From assembly GCF_009914755.1 (NCBI RefSeq), contig NC_060930.1: a stretch of 64,000 nucleotides of DNA; one strand, written 5' to 3'. Positions 1 through 14,555 of this stretch are shown here, piece after piece. The translations under genes and the position numbers were made by a program. Source of the stretch: the human T2T-CHM13v2.0 reference genome, Homo sapiens. Positions within the stretch are counted from its first letter, which is position 1, and every line of letters starts with the position of its first letter. A model generated the notes under the pieces. That model saw nothing but the letters and a program-made list of their open reading frames with translations, was not told the DNA's origin and searched no databases.

Positions 1-230
1 GAAGGGGCTGTAAATATGTAAAAGTCTGCATAACAAGAATAGCATCAAGGTGCTCTAAGAACTAAACATGGTAGACCAAGTCTACCTTCTTAAGAAGGTA
101 CAGTCATCTCCATGTGCCTAATGAAAAAATATTTGGAGGGAAATCTCAGTGGCAAACTAATCTACCTGCTACAACACTAGCTACAAATCAGCTCAACAGG
201 CAAGATAAGTGCTAAGAATGAAGGAAAGGA

Positions 231-557
<327 letters not shown>

Positions 558-1359
558 TCAGATCATTCATTGAACATTCACTCATTCAGCAAATAACTAT
601 TGATAGCCCATTAAGTGCCAGACAATTGTGGACACATGTGATAACTGCCTTAGGTACACACACCTAATACATACTCTTCTGAACAACCTCTATTCTCCCC
701 AATTGACTCTCTACTTGCCTTTCTCCCCTATCAGGTTACAAGCTCCACAAGGCTGTATAATGTTTAAAATAAAATATAAGGTTGACAAATAGGTAGTCAC
801 AGCCTCTGCTCTCTCTCCCTCAAAGAGAAGTATGCCTTTATAATCTCAATTTTGAACACAGCTTGACTGATGTATTATGGAATGGGCTGAGTAGAAAAAA
901 AAAATAGCTGCTAAAAGAACTGCGGGAGAGTTGATATTTGGTGGGAGAGAAACTGGTTTAAGGGAGAGCGTTTGAGGTCTGCTCTATACTGTGACAAAGA
1001 ATCAAAAAAGGTAAGTTGATGAAGATAATTTTTCTTAAGTTTTGCTGTTATAACGAAACCTTCTGCTTCTCTAGAGACTAAAAACTTAAATGGTTTGTCA
1101 ATTATTTGTCAATGTTGGGATCTGTGTTTTCTTCGTTATCAAAATTAAAACTAGGCCCTGAGTGAGCTCATCTTTATGCAAGTTACAGTATCTGAATAGG
1201 GAAAGTGTCAGTGGAACGAAGTGGATAAATTCAAGAAATATTCAGTTAGTAGAATGGTAAGACACATGGCCAAAGACATTTGGGAATTAAGAGAGCAAGG
1301 GAAAGCTAAAGAAAGAACAATTAGAAATGGGACAGTAAAGCCATTCACTGAAATAGTTA

Positions 1360-1797
<438 letters not shown>

Positions 1798-1849
1798 CTA
1801 GAGGAAGCCTGTAAAAGAGAAAAAGAAACGAAGACTAGATGGGAGAAAT

Positions 1850-2010
1850 ACATAACACATAGCAAGATGGTACTCAAATATATCAATAATTAAATGTAAA
1901 TGGTCTCAAGACACAAATTAAAAGGCAGAGATTGTCAGGCTGGTTTAAAAAGAAAGAATCAATTCCAGTCTATGTACAAGAAACCTATTTTAAAGATAAA
2001 AATATGGGAA
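1850..2010 (+). mobile_element. Old L1 fragment (start of ORF2/endonuclease region)
   Basis: TTAAATGTAAATGGTCT...ATTAAAAGGCAGAGATTGTCAG...TACAAGAAAC matches the L1 ORF2 5' end. Confidence 0.75.
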
Positions 2011-2195
2011 AAGAGAGATGGTACGAAGCAGCAAATTGTGATATACAGAATTAACTTTGATTGTAAAATAAAGAGATAACCCTAAACAGCAAAAATAAAG
2101 TGCTTTGTTTAGTGCAAGAGTGAAGGATAGTCTGTAAAAGTCTAGACAAAGATCTCATAATAATACGAATGAGTATGGTTGGTATACTATGCTGA

Positions 2196-2540
<345 letters not shown>

Positions 2541-3955
2541 TTACCAAACAGTACAATCTTGGTTCAAGGCCATGACTTGGAAACACCAGTAGTTCTGAAC
2601 TTAAAATGTCAATTTTGCGTCTGTCATACTCCTTTTCTACCCTGATTTCCACTGCCCCCATCTGCCATGTTAGTAATGTGTACCCCCACAGCTATGTCCT
2701 CTTCCACACACACAAAACACAATGGTAGTCATATGGGTGCTAAGTAGCTTAAGAAACCAATCAGTGTAGTATACCAAGGAGACATTTACAGGGGCTTTAC
2801 AGTTTACAGAGCCTTCACCCTTTCCCAATCATATTCTTATTTAATAAATTTAAGAGGCTTTCAACATGTCTAATTCATGTTTGATACAGTAGAAAGGTCT
2901 TACTACTGGGCATCCACATTTTACTTGGCTTACCCTCATAAATCTAATCCTACAGTATTTTGTTCCTTCACACTCAAAACACATTCGTTAAAACAGCAAT
3001 GTCCAATATTATTTGAACTCCACTACGTATCTACTTCTTTTTTTATTTTTTTACCGTTCAGCTCTGTTGGACTTGATATAGCTACATCTTTGTACTGGTT
3101 TTTAAAGTTTAAAATCATGGCCAAAAATAATAAACATTTTGAGGTGTTCCGCTAATTTTAGGGAAGGTGTCAACAACATGAAGATGCATATGTGCTTAAC
3201 ATGTTGTCTTTGCTTTATTCCTCTTCAGAAGGAGATTTGGTCTTTGTAGAAGAAAAATATAAAAAAATATTTTTTCAAGCTTTTATTTTGAGAAGACTGT
3301 GAAAAGTTCACATCCATGGTTATAATTTGTTTCTCTTGGATCTAAACATACACCCACCCGTTGGCTTCAGAAAAGTACTTGGATAGAAATCCTAGGAGAG
3401 TGATACTTCCTGGAAGTTTCAATTAGGGGAAGAAAAAAAAGAAAAAAAAGAAAATCTTTCTATGGAAGGACAGCCAGTAGCAAATTACACACATGTTGAG
3501 TAAATACCAATTTGTAAAAATCTATTCTTACACAAAAGATATATTCATTGACTCAACACGTTTCTTCAGTAATTATTAAGAGGGTGATTTGCGAAAAGAT
3601 TCACACTCACACATTTGATATGTGTGAGTGTGATAAGATTATGAAAAGATTCTGTTAAATATTAAGCAAAATGGTTCAGTATGAAAAATTTATGTATCTA
3701 CAGTTTTGCTGGTCAAATTCCTATCACCAGCATCCTTCTCCTTACCACTAAATTGCTGTTGACTGGCTGCCACTCAAGTAATCAAATCCCTAGGGGAAAG
3801 CCAGCAATCTTACATCCATACCCCCCATACCCTAATAACTTAGGCTTGTGGTAGGTAGTCAATGGAACATTTTATGAGTTAATCAATAATTGCACCTAAT
3901 TCATTAAGTGGTGTACAGCTACAAACCAAATCCCAGTAAAACAAACAGAAAATGA

Positions 3956-4346
<391 letters not shown>

Positions 4347-4812
4347 CCAATTCCAATTCTTAGTATCAGTCTGTCTTACTGTGAACTCAGCAGCTCAGTC
4401 TTCTTACTCACCTTTGAATCCCTAGCCTGGCACACACTAAGACTGGGCACAAATTTATTTCATAATAAGGAAAAACAAATACCAAAGATAGCTCCTTAAA
4501 TCAGTTTTCTCAATCTTTGTGTTATTTTACAGTGGTAAGCATAATGAATTTAATTGGCAACAACAAAATTCACTATTACAATTAAATATTTGATCCTAGT
4601 CACCTTTACAATAAATACCCCAAAAAGGTATATATACCACCAGGTGTTACCGCACAGAGAGAAATACAAGATCATTATTGGACCCAGAAATGACATCTAG
4701 TGGCTATAGATAAGAGAAATATGAAATGAGGCTTCCTTGTCCCAGGGAAATTAGGTAATTTTCTAGGAAACCCAACATATATTTCTAAAACACAGGTACT
4801 TATAATTGTCTC

Positions 4813-5199
4813 TGCAAGGCTCTTGTATCGGTTCAAACCCTGAGAGCGTGCCAACAAACAACACAAGGCGGTGTGTAGCAACACACTGTTTTAATGAGCG
4901 CCTGGGTGCAGGTGGGCTGAGGCTTAAAATGGCGTCAGCACCAAAGAGGATGGGGCAGGGGTTTTATAGTCTGCTGTAAACAGGAAGTGTCTCAGTCTGA
5001 TGTAACTGCTAGGTAGTACCCAGACGGCCTCCCTCTTGATCTTCAGGGGGTATGTGTCTTCCGGCCAGCTCTCTTCCTGCTTCTGCTATCTTGCTGACAC
5101 CGGCTGCTGGCGCAAGTGACCTTGCTCCTTGGAACTGGGCGTGAGGAGGGAGGAGTTATTCATTCCCTTAAGCTTTCAGGCCCTGGGGAGAATCTTTCA
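4813..5199 (-). mobile_element. ERV LTR (short, possibly LTR18/HERV-S type; subfamily uncertain)
   Basis: Reverse complement begins TGAAAGATTCTCCCC and ends ...CA. It contains TATAAAA and an ATTAAA poly(A)-like signal, and is preceded by purine-rich AAATAGATAGGAA (PPT-like). No matching TSD seen. Confidence 0.75.
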
Positions 5200-5752
5200 T
5201 TCCTATCTATTTGGTTATAGAAAAGGTAAAGCAGAGTAGGTTGCCCCAGTATTAATTTTAAAAAATATATTGGCCTACCTGCCACCATCAGGGTTACCCT
5301 TGGCTCGGATGAAAAATGTTTAAAAACCAACCCAAGCTTCCAGGTATAAGGTTAAAAATAGGCAGTATATGACCTAACCTAACAATAGCTCTGTTACCGA
5401 CTTTAAGCCACAGTATACCGGGAATAAAACTTGGGGTTGGGAGAAACGTCATGAAGTTATTTGTGAGTTTATGGTACACACATTCACAAATCACAAGGCT
5501 GTGAAAGAGACATCTAGTAGATGGCAAACCAACCCAGCAGGGAGTCTACCACTCCAGCAAAATCCACTGGCAGAGTAAGCAGGATGCTAAGAATGTGAAA
5601 GACTAAAATGGGCTAAGAGTAATGTAGCCCCTTTTCCAAGATGACCCTGAGCTGTAACGTAGTGCATGAAGGAACCAGGGGCGGTTAGATCTGATCAGGA
5701 ATCACACTTCAAGGACAAGCTGAGACCCAGAAAAACCACTGTTCTCACTTAC

Positions 5753-5806
5753 CTGATCATCTACCCATGAGCCACACAACTAATGACCTACAGAATTGGG
5801 ATATGG
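5753..5806 (-). other. Candidate cryptic/non-coding exon of the - strand host transcript
   Basis: Consensus donor CAG|GTAAGT at 5753/5752; acceptor CCCTGCCCTCTCCTGTTGCACAG| at 5807; stops in all three frames. Confidence 0.25.
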
Positions 5807-6477
5807 CTGTGCAACAGGAGAGGGCAGGGCAGAGTGTGTCCTGGGGAAAACCTAACGCTGGGACTCACCACTGACACATAGGCTAGATAGAAATGGAACC
5901 AGAGGAATGAACAGCCCCTGCAGACTGCATTCTATGAGAAAAGACAGGGCCTCCAGATGCAACAGGTCAACTGGACTTTGCATGGTCTGCCCCAGGCGAC
6001 AAAAGGACTGTGTCTGCAGTTGTACCTATAAAAGCTGAAGTATGACAGACAAGCACATATCTATGACTACACTCACTGAAAGGATATATACATGTTTATA
6101 TATTATACTTAAACATATAGAAAAGTATAGGTACTGTGAAAAACATAAATCTTGGGGCCCCCAAATCAGTAAGCTCAAAGGAAAAGTCAAGCTGGGAATT
6201 GCTTAGGGCAAACCTGACTCCCGTTCTTTTTAAAGTCACGCCTCTGCTCACTGAGATAAAAGCGTATCCGATTGCCTCCTTTGGAGAGGCTAATCAGAAA
6301 CTCAAAAGAATGCAACCATTTGTCTCTTATCTACCTATGACCAGGAAGCCCCCTCCCCGCTGAGTTCTCCCGCCTTTGCTTCAAGTTGTCCCACCCCACC
6401 TTTCCAGACAGAACCTATATTCATCCTACATATGTTGACTGATGTCTTAGGTCTCTCTAAAATACATAAAACAGGCC

Positions 6478-6778
6478 GGCCAGGCGTGGTGGCTCACACC
6501 TGTAATCCCAGCACTTTGGGAGGCCAAGGCGGGTGGATCACGAGGTCAGGAGATCAAGACCATCCTGGCTAACACGGTGGAACCCCATCTCTACCAAAAA
6601 TACAAAAAATTAGCCAGGTGTGGTGATGGGCGCCTGTAGTCCCAGCTACTCGGGAGGCTGAGGAGGAGAATGGCATGAACCTGGGAGGCGGAGCTTGCAG
6701 TGAGCCGAGATCGCACCACAGCACTCCAGCCTGGGCGACTAAGCGAGACTCCGTCTCAAAAAAACAAACAAAAAAAAC
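6478..6778 (+). mobile_element. AluY
   Basis: AluY diagnostics GACCATCCTGGCTAACACGG, GAATGGC.TGAACC, GGAGCTTGCAG; TSD AAAACAGGCC. Confidence 0.93.
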
Positions 6779-6779
6779 A

Positions 6780-6940
6780 GGCCAGGCACAGTGGCTCATG
6801 CCTGTAATCCCAGCACTCTGGGAGGCCTAGGCAGGCAGATCACCTGAGGTCAGGAATTCGAGTCCAGCCTGGCCAATATGGTGAAACCACTCCAGCCTGG
6901 GTGACAGAGTGAGACCCTGTCTCAAAAATAATAATAAAAT
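6780..6940 (+). mobile_element. Alu (S-type) with large internal deletion
   Basis: Left arm joins directly to the right-arm end at GGTGAAACC|ACTCCAGCCTGG. Confidence 0.9.
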
Positions 6941-9459
6941 AAAATGTATAAAACCAAACTGTGCTCTGACCACCACGGGCACATGTCTTCAGGACCTCCT
7001 GGGGCTGCGTCATGGGTGCAGGTCTTCAACCTTGGCAAAACAAGCTTTATAAATTGACTGAGACCTGTCTCAGATATTCGGGGTTCATAGTACATAGTAT
7101 ATATCTGAACCAAAATGTGAAATGTAGCACTCATAAAAATTAACTTAGCTGCCATAGCTAACTTTCCCTTTGTCATGATCTGCCTGATCCTTTCCTCCTC
7201 CTATGGTCAACCTCACTCCCATGATTTACACTAGCTCTGTTCAAGCAGTTTGAGTTCAGCCATATTTTGGAACGCTGTCATATCCTCCTTCCCAATCCTT
7301 TTCTATCTCCTCCCACTGTCCCCTAAAATTCCAGGTTAACCATATTGGAACATATAAATTCAATAGCACAGTTATGAATAGATAAGGAAACTTGTTTTTC
7401 CTGTTCTATTATCTGTATATCATAAGTAAATATTCTTCCCACTGGACCTCAGAGTAATAAGGGAGCCAGAGATACTCTGTCTCTTCTTTGGAGAGGGACT
7501 GGCCCCAGTATCTGAGTCTCCTTGGAGGGTTTCCTCTCACTTATACCCCTTAGTTACAAAAGAACATCCATATAAAGAGTTGGTTTCTGCCATAAAGTTT
7601 ACTGTAACAGGATCTGTCCTATACCAATTGTGTATTTATCTTTAAAAGACACAGATGGAATGGCATGACCAAGAGCTTGGAATCATTCTATAAAACAAGC
7701 CCAACTGATGCCCAGACATAAACAAACACTGGAACCCCTGTGTACCTCTGCCCCAGATGACAGGAGTCAGGCCAGCACAGATCAGCTCTTGTTGGAAATC
7801 AGTGAGCTGGCCCCTCCAGGACGGGTCAGGGCTTATGTGATCTGATCTTTACTTGTTTCAAAGCCTTCTTAAGAGTTATAATATAGACTTGTTACACTTA
7901 TATGATCCTGGAAAACATCCAAAATGACTAGCCTATGTCTTTCTGATGCACATCTTCTGTAGGCAATAAATGTACACACTTTCTACAAACTGTGAACTTT
8001 CAAATGAGTCCATCTAATGAATGAATGAATGAATGCCCTATAGATTAACACTTCCAAAATTAAGTTCTACTACCTTAAGAATTTGTGGCAATGCATCACC
8101 CTATTTTGCAAAGGGAAAACAAGTGAATTTAAAAGGATAATGCTGTTGCTTTAACCTATGTGAACATATTCACAGACAAGAGACTGGAAATGTTCAACCA
8201 AAATGGTAACGGTAATTATTCCTGAAATGTGGGTACCTGGAAATTTTGCTTTATTTGCATTTTTCTGTTACCAAGTTTTCTGCACTGAACATGTGTTATA
8301 ATTTTCAAAAATTTAAATAAAGTCCATTAAAATGGAAAAATGTAGGGTTTTCTCCCTTTAACTCTATACTCCTTAACAGTTTTAAGGGCAGTACAAAACA
8401 GGATAACTAAGTCCCAGCAAAGTTATAATAAATTGGTATTGTGCCATGTGGTATAGATTTACCAAAAACACAGAGGTACATTCATACTATTCCTCTTTGA
8501 GCTTGGCACTATACACAAGAAATCACTGGACTCTGAGAAGCTTTCAGACACTGTTACATCAGAGGACTTTTCTTTAAGTTAGATTTGAACTGGATTTAAA
8601 AGAATGAAAGGAATTTCCTGGATTTTATCACAGCAATTTCCCAGGAGATTTTTCCCTCAGTTCTTCATACAAGGATTAAAGCCACTTAGCAAATTAGAGA
8701 GTGTACTTGCCACTTAAAACGCTATTAAGATCATGTAAATTAAGAGGTCTTTAAAAAGCAATGCACATCAACAAAAGACTTAAGAGTTCCTGCTCAGAAG
8801 TTGTTTTAACAGTTTCCTATGAAGGTAGTCAAAAAGCATCAACCATCTGAGGTCACATCTAAGTGCAGGGGGGATCTACTTTCAGACCACACAGAGCTAC
8901 GAAGGGATCAGGGAACACATATCTACATTAGATCAAGAAAGAGCCTTTCTTTGTTATATGACAACTGTTACTGTCAAATTTTCTCTACGACTTCATTAAA
9001 ATATCAAGCACAATACACGCACAATTTAACACAGCACAAGGCGGACAGGGACGTGTTTTTCAGGACTGCAAAATGGCATCTGCAGAATGTCTCAAAGGAG
9101 TGACAAAGGCACTTCTTTAGCCCTAACAAAGAGAACAATGTTTCCAGTAGGACACTACAGGACTATTGCATTTCAGGGGGGAAAAGGCAGTGAAAATTAA
9201 CACAAAACAGAGCTAAACATGGAGAATGACAGTCTGTAGGGAAGAATTAAAAGAAACTATTGGACACAAGTTTCACTCATTATTGTATATAAGAGCACCT
9301 AATGTTTTAAAAATCGAGTTATTGCAACTGTTAAGTTTGCAAATAAAATTATAACTAAAAAAAATCACAAAATAACCTTACTTATCAACTGAATTAATTT
9401 GATTCATAAGCACTGTATTTCTATAATTCCTGTTAAAAGGTAGTTTATAAACAAGCAAT

Positions 9460-9600
9460 AACAGTATTATGATAAGCAATCTATGTGTATCATTTCATTT
9501 AATTTCTCACGACCACTCTATGAGAAATGTACTACCAATGACTCCATTTTATAAGTAAGGAAATTGAGTCTTAGAGATATAACATAGCTCAGCATCAGAC
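9460..9600 (-). mobile_element. MIR fragment
   Basis: CATTTAATTTCTCAC...CCATTTTATAAGTAAGGAAATTGAGTCTTAGAGA MIR core. Confidence 0.65.
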
Positions 9601-10229
9601 AGATCTGAGTTTCAATTCCAACTCCTTCACTTACTAGCTATGAGACTTTGACTTTCTTTCCAAGATCTTTTGAATTCCAAGACTATGAAAATCAAATAAT
9701 TTTCACATGGATTAAGGACAAATTCTTTTCAAAAATGGGACAAGAACTTTCCTATAACACCATACAAAAATGGAGCTAGTTGCTTAATGAATTGGGGGTG
9801 TAGGGGAAATTGGGATACACCCACCCAAGATCAACCAAGTAACACTTGCAAAACACTGTTAAAAGAGTAGCTTAAGAATGCCTTAGGAAAAAAACGAAGA
9901 GAAGGAATGATGAGAGTTAGGATTAATTACAAAATAAATAGCATATCTGAATAGACTGGATGGGGAAAGATGATAATCAGGATACTAAACTGATTATTCC
10001 TCACTTTATCTGAGGTGTATGTGCTTAGTTATCTTCAGTGGACAGTACTCTGAAAAACTATTTGATGATTTCTATATTGTGAAAAAACAACTTCAGCCAT
10101 AGTTACAAACAGTAGACTCTGATTACAGTAAATAAAACCAGTAAATAAGTTAGCAACAGGTAAATTTTTCTCCCTATGACTATTTGTTTCATAAATTGTC
10201 AATCCTACTTTGAATCCCAGGACACTGCT

Positions 10230-10770
10230 ACCCAACTAATCTTCCTGAACTCCAGTTCTGATCATATCATTCACCTGTACAGGAAACCTCAGTGACTCCA
10301 CTGAGTGAGGAAAGCAAACCCAGAAAGCAATTCTTCTACCTCGAATAGAGTCCTCCACACTCTGGCCTGACTCTCCTTTTCCAGCCTTTCTACTCAGTTC
10401 TGCCCAGGATGAAAGCTATCATTCTGGAGGTAAGAGCCACTGTCTCCAGGCTCAATCCTCAAGCCTCTTCTCAAAAGACAGCCAACCAAGTAGAATGCCC
10501 ATAATGACGAGCACCACCGTAGAGTCCAGTTACCAGGCTATGACTTTGCCAGACTTCCCTGCCTACCCCAGCTCAATGCTGTTCTTCTCTCTCCCAGATC
10601 CCCTAGTGTCCCCTACCCCTCTTTCAGAGCTCAGCACTTTTCTACACTCTAGGCCCAATGCGCCCATCTTATCCACCTTACCAAGCAAGTCTGTCTTACT
10701 TATTTCTGTATGCACCACAGCAACCAACCATACCCTTTTGCACAAAGTTCTACTTAATATATGTTGGGCA
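10230..10770 (+). mobile_element. L2 fragments (3' region)
   Basis: TCTGATCATATCA...CTCTGGCCTGAC...TTCCAGCC and an L2-like tail ending TTAATATATGTTG. Confidence 0.5.
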
Positions 10771-11869
10771 GAAAGAAACAATAAGAAAAATCCAGCATGC
10801 CTAAGTTTTCAAACCATTCTAGGCATTATAATCTTACTTTTCTATTATCCAAGATAACCATCTTAATGATTCAATAAAGTTATTGTAATATTAAGTCAAA
10901 CAGCACTCTACTGGAACAAATATTATTTCGGCACATTTGTAGTAAGAAATCTCATGTCGTCTTTTAAGATTCCTTTCAAGAAAATGGGGGAAGCATGGTA
11001 TTTACTATCTTCACCCTGCATGATTGCTTCTCATGGATTAAGATTGGCCTACTGGGTCACTAGCTTCAAAAAGGTATCAAATTCTAAGAAAAGCAAGAAG
11101 AAACTAGAAATGTCTCCAGAAAACATGCTAAAATTAATTTGGGAGGGGTATACAATCCTCCTGAATCATATTAATTTTAGATCTGGAAGGGACCCAAGAA
11201 AATAACTTAGCCAACCCTTTATTATGCAGATATTAGAGAATCAAAGAAATTTTAGACTGAGCTAACTGACTGAAAGATCAGCTTTTTAGAATATCCTGAG
11301 CAAAGGCAGAAACCTAACCTCCTGGCAAAAAATAGTTGCCAGGTATTTCTCATTTGCATAAACATGTTAAATCAACCAGGCAATGAGCTGAAATTAATTA
11401 GGTGATAAGCTCACATTTCTGAATGAATTTACCCCTCAGTGTTTTCTCAAATGGAGCTCACTTTTGCCAAATATACTTTCCTCTTGTTATCTTTGTTTTC
11501 CCAATGCACATCTCACTGTTGACCTCCCAATTTCCTATAGATGTAAATACCGTATAAAGATGTGGAATAGTGGCTTTTTAAAAAAAAAAAATACAGGCAT
11601 CACTATAATCTCTCATCTGTGTATAACCTTTACTAGACTGGGTAGGGAGGATCTTCTTCCTTCACTGTTCAAGTTGGTGTTAAAATCACAGCAGAAAATA
11701 GGAACACAGAATGCCTGGAAAAGCGAAGGGTGCCTATCCAGGAAAGCTCACAACTGAGGCATAAAACAAGAAATCCGCTCTTATTGTTTTCTTCTGCACC
11801 CCCTCAAATATAATTTGTAATGGTTACACATAACTTTTAGGAAGAAAAATACAAGCTGTCTCCCAGGAA

Positions 11870-12840
11870 ATCTGACCAACGCAACTACCAAAAATCCAAA
11901 TCTGAACCATACATCAACGGGTTAATGGCACCCTATGAAACAAAATTCACAGGTATTCCTTCCGTTTGAGGAGAATAACACAGTAAAAAACAGAAATACC
12001 ACTTGCCCCACAACGGAGCATCCCAAGGAAAAATCGACTCACATTTATCAGTAATAAATTCGCTGGGTAAACCATAGATCTCCTCAGAACTCACACCTGC
12101 AGCCCAGGCTGTGATCACTGTTACCACCTTGCTTGCTGGCACCGTGCAATCCAAGGACGCCTGGATTAGGATAAACGCCTTAAGTACAGTGCTGACACAA
12201 TCCAGTCCTAGTGCTTAAGTCAGAGGGGCCCAGCCCTGGGTCAGGAGATAATGAGACTGATAATAGAGCCCAAAGGTAAACATAAATATCCTTAGGAAGC
12301 AGCATTGCTTTTCCAATCATGAAATGAATTCCCAAATTATTTTACTTCTTTTTTTCCAGAGCCAAACAAAAACAGATGAAAAATAATTCCAAATGATCTG
12401 GAGTGCAGCTCCATTATTACTTAAATATAATGAATAATAAACAAAGACTAAAGAGAAATGAGATCCCGCTCTAGCAACACAAGAAACTTTCTGCCAAGTA
12501 TATTCCAACTATACAACTAGACACTTCTCTTTTATTTTAAGAGAAGAGAGCGTAAATGAGTGCGTACATGCTATCACTCAAGTGTGCTTAGACTATAAAG
12601 TGATGTGGCTGCTTCTCCATGAAGCTCATAGAATCAGTCACGTCTACGTCCTGACACTTCCATGGTGAACAAGTTGAGGGACAGGGAGAGCTCCAATGCC
12701 TACTCTGAGACAAGCAGCTGAGAGAGAGCAAGAGAGAGGGCAAGGGAAAGAGAAAGAGAGCACGTGAGCGCGAACAAGCATGTGCAGGCAAGCAGTCAGT
12801 CAAAACAGAGATTCTTTATATTACATGGAACAAACTTTTT
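11870..12840. promoter_or_regulatory. Candidate enhancer/alternative promoter (repeat-free, CpG-retaining)
   Basis: Locally elevated CpG, CACGTG E-box at 12761, GA-rich tract 12720-12760, - strand TATAAAG near 12815-12821. Confidence 0.35.
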
Positions 12841-14374
12841 GGTACAACACTAGAGAACAAGTTAAGTACAGCATTATAAGAAGCGCAGAGTGCTGCCAGA
12901 AAAAAAAGAATTTATTTTTTTAGTTCTGTTTCTTCCTACTCTATCTAGTCACTCAGGACAGTTTCCGTCATCTTTCTCCAACACTTAAGCTGTCATCTCT
13001 ACCGGAGTTTCCCCACCCACCCCATGCATTTGAAAACCTCCTGGAAAAGAACGAAAAGTATAACCAACTTTGCAAAATGACATTCAGAATTAATCCCACC
13101 CTAATATTTGGCTGTTTATCCCCCTTATTTCTTGATCTCTTTCCATTCTTTCTTCCTGTCCTTCTTTCCCTACCTATAAGTAGATCCTAGCAACGAAAGT
13201 TACTTCCTTTTTTCCCTGCTCTCCTTAGACTTTCAAAACTAAATTTCTCCATTGCCCCCATGCCAGCTTCAATTCTTCCCTCAAGATAAAGAAAGCCGAG
13301 AAATGCACAAAATTGTCCATAAGTCTTTAGGATGCCAAATTTAATATTCTAAAGATTTCTGTGGAAGAATATTTCCAAGCAAAACAAAAACTAATGATTC
13401 TCAATCATCTATTTTTCAGACATTCCTTCTCATCTCACCAAATTCACCTGAGCCGTCACATATAGATTTGTCTAGATTTAGACTAAAGTCAAATGCAAAT
13501 AAAGGTGAGTCTGAAGCCATGATTACTGCCTCAAAAAGAACTTTAACTACCTGTTGATTCAAAGTGTGCCAATCATGCCAGACTTGCTTTTTTTTCAGAG
13601 GCATTCCTTCGATCACCAGTGCCAGCACAACTATAAACTCACACAGAGAAGAGACCTTGTCCTCAAATTAGCCCCAAATGCACTCAGAACGTTTTTCACC
13701 AGTCCTAGCAATAATACTGAGAACGTACAAGGCCCTCTGCTAGCACTATGGAGTCGAGGGAAAGTGGAGGGGAGAGAGAAGAAAGAAGGGGAATGGCAAT
13801 ACAACAGCCTTGTCCCTGAGGAGCTGATAACCTAGACCGCTAACACAGACAACCTCATGGAAAGTTAACATTAATAAACAGGTCAAATTTCAAGGTGACA
13901 TTAGAATAAATGCCGTAAGTCTGTGTATGAGCAATTGCTAAAGGAATTACACAGCTACAAATTCCTACAGGAATTCAGCAAAATGAAGTGAATACATTCC
14001 AGAGTAAAAGGAATCTGGCATGTGAGATGATAGTTACTTTGGCAAAATCATTTTAAAAGGTTAATGGATTTATTAGTTTTAATATGGTGGAAGAGAAATA
14101 CTTCAGATATGACTGTGTGTTTTTAACCTCTATTTCTTTCAGGTTCACATCAAACAACCCTAAAATGGCAACAATCCAGCCACATCATAATGGTTTTCAA
14201 ACTTCTTCCAATCGCTTGGGCCAAATTAACTAAACAGCTGTGTTTGGGTGGTCTCAATTTTTCACTCAACGTTATAGTTAGATGGATTTAACCCTCGGGG
14301 TCAATGATCTTTTAAGTCATCCTACAGGAAAACAATACTTTATAAACTTTTCCCAGTAGATAAAGTAAAACAGG

Positions 14375-14555
14375 CAGAATGGTATAGTGAAAAATGTTCT
14401 GGAATAGGTGGAACCAATTCTAATTCCAGCTATGAAAATAATAGTAGTTTTAAGCAAGTTATTTGATTTCACTTTACTAAATTTCCTAATCAGTAAAATT
14501 AAAGCAGGAGGGATTAGTTATCTCTTTTTAAGTGTCACTTAGTTATAAAATTCTA
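14375..14555 (+). mobile_element. MIR fragment
   Basis: TGGTATAGTGAAAA...TTCTAATTCCAGCT...GCAAGTTATTT...TTTCCTAATCAGTAAAAT. Confidence 0.6.

Larger units (their letters stand above)
6135..7089 (+). mobile_element. MER4A1-like ERV1 solo LTR interrupted by two Alus
   Basis: TGTGAAA...AAATCTTGGGGCCCC...GGAAAAGTCAAGCTGGGAA...GAGACCTGTCTCAGATATT.GGGGTTCA; 4-bp TSD GTAC at 6131-6134 and 7090-7093. Confidence 0.88.

Noticed and set aside
13420-13504. + strand candidate exon (TTTTCAG|...AAAG|GTGAGT)
   Set aside because: Opposite to the inferred host strand, with no partner exons; such pairs occur by chance in 64 kb.
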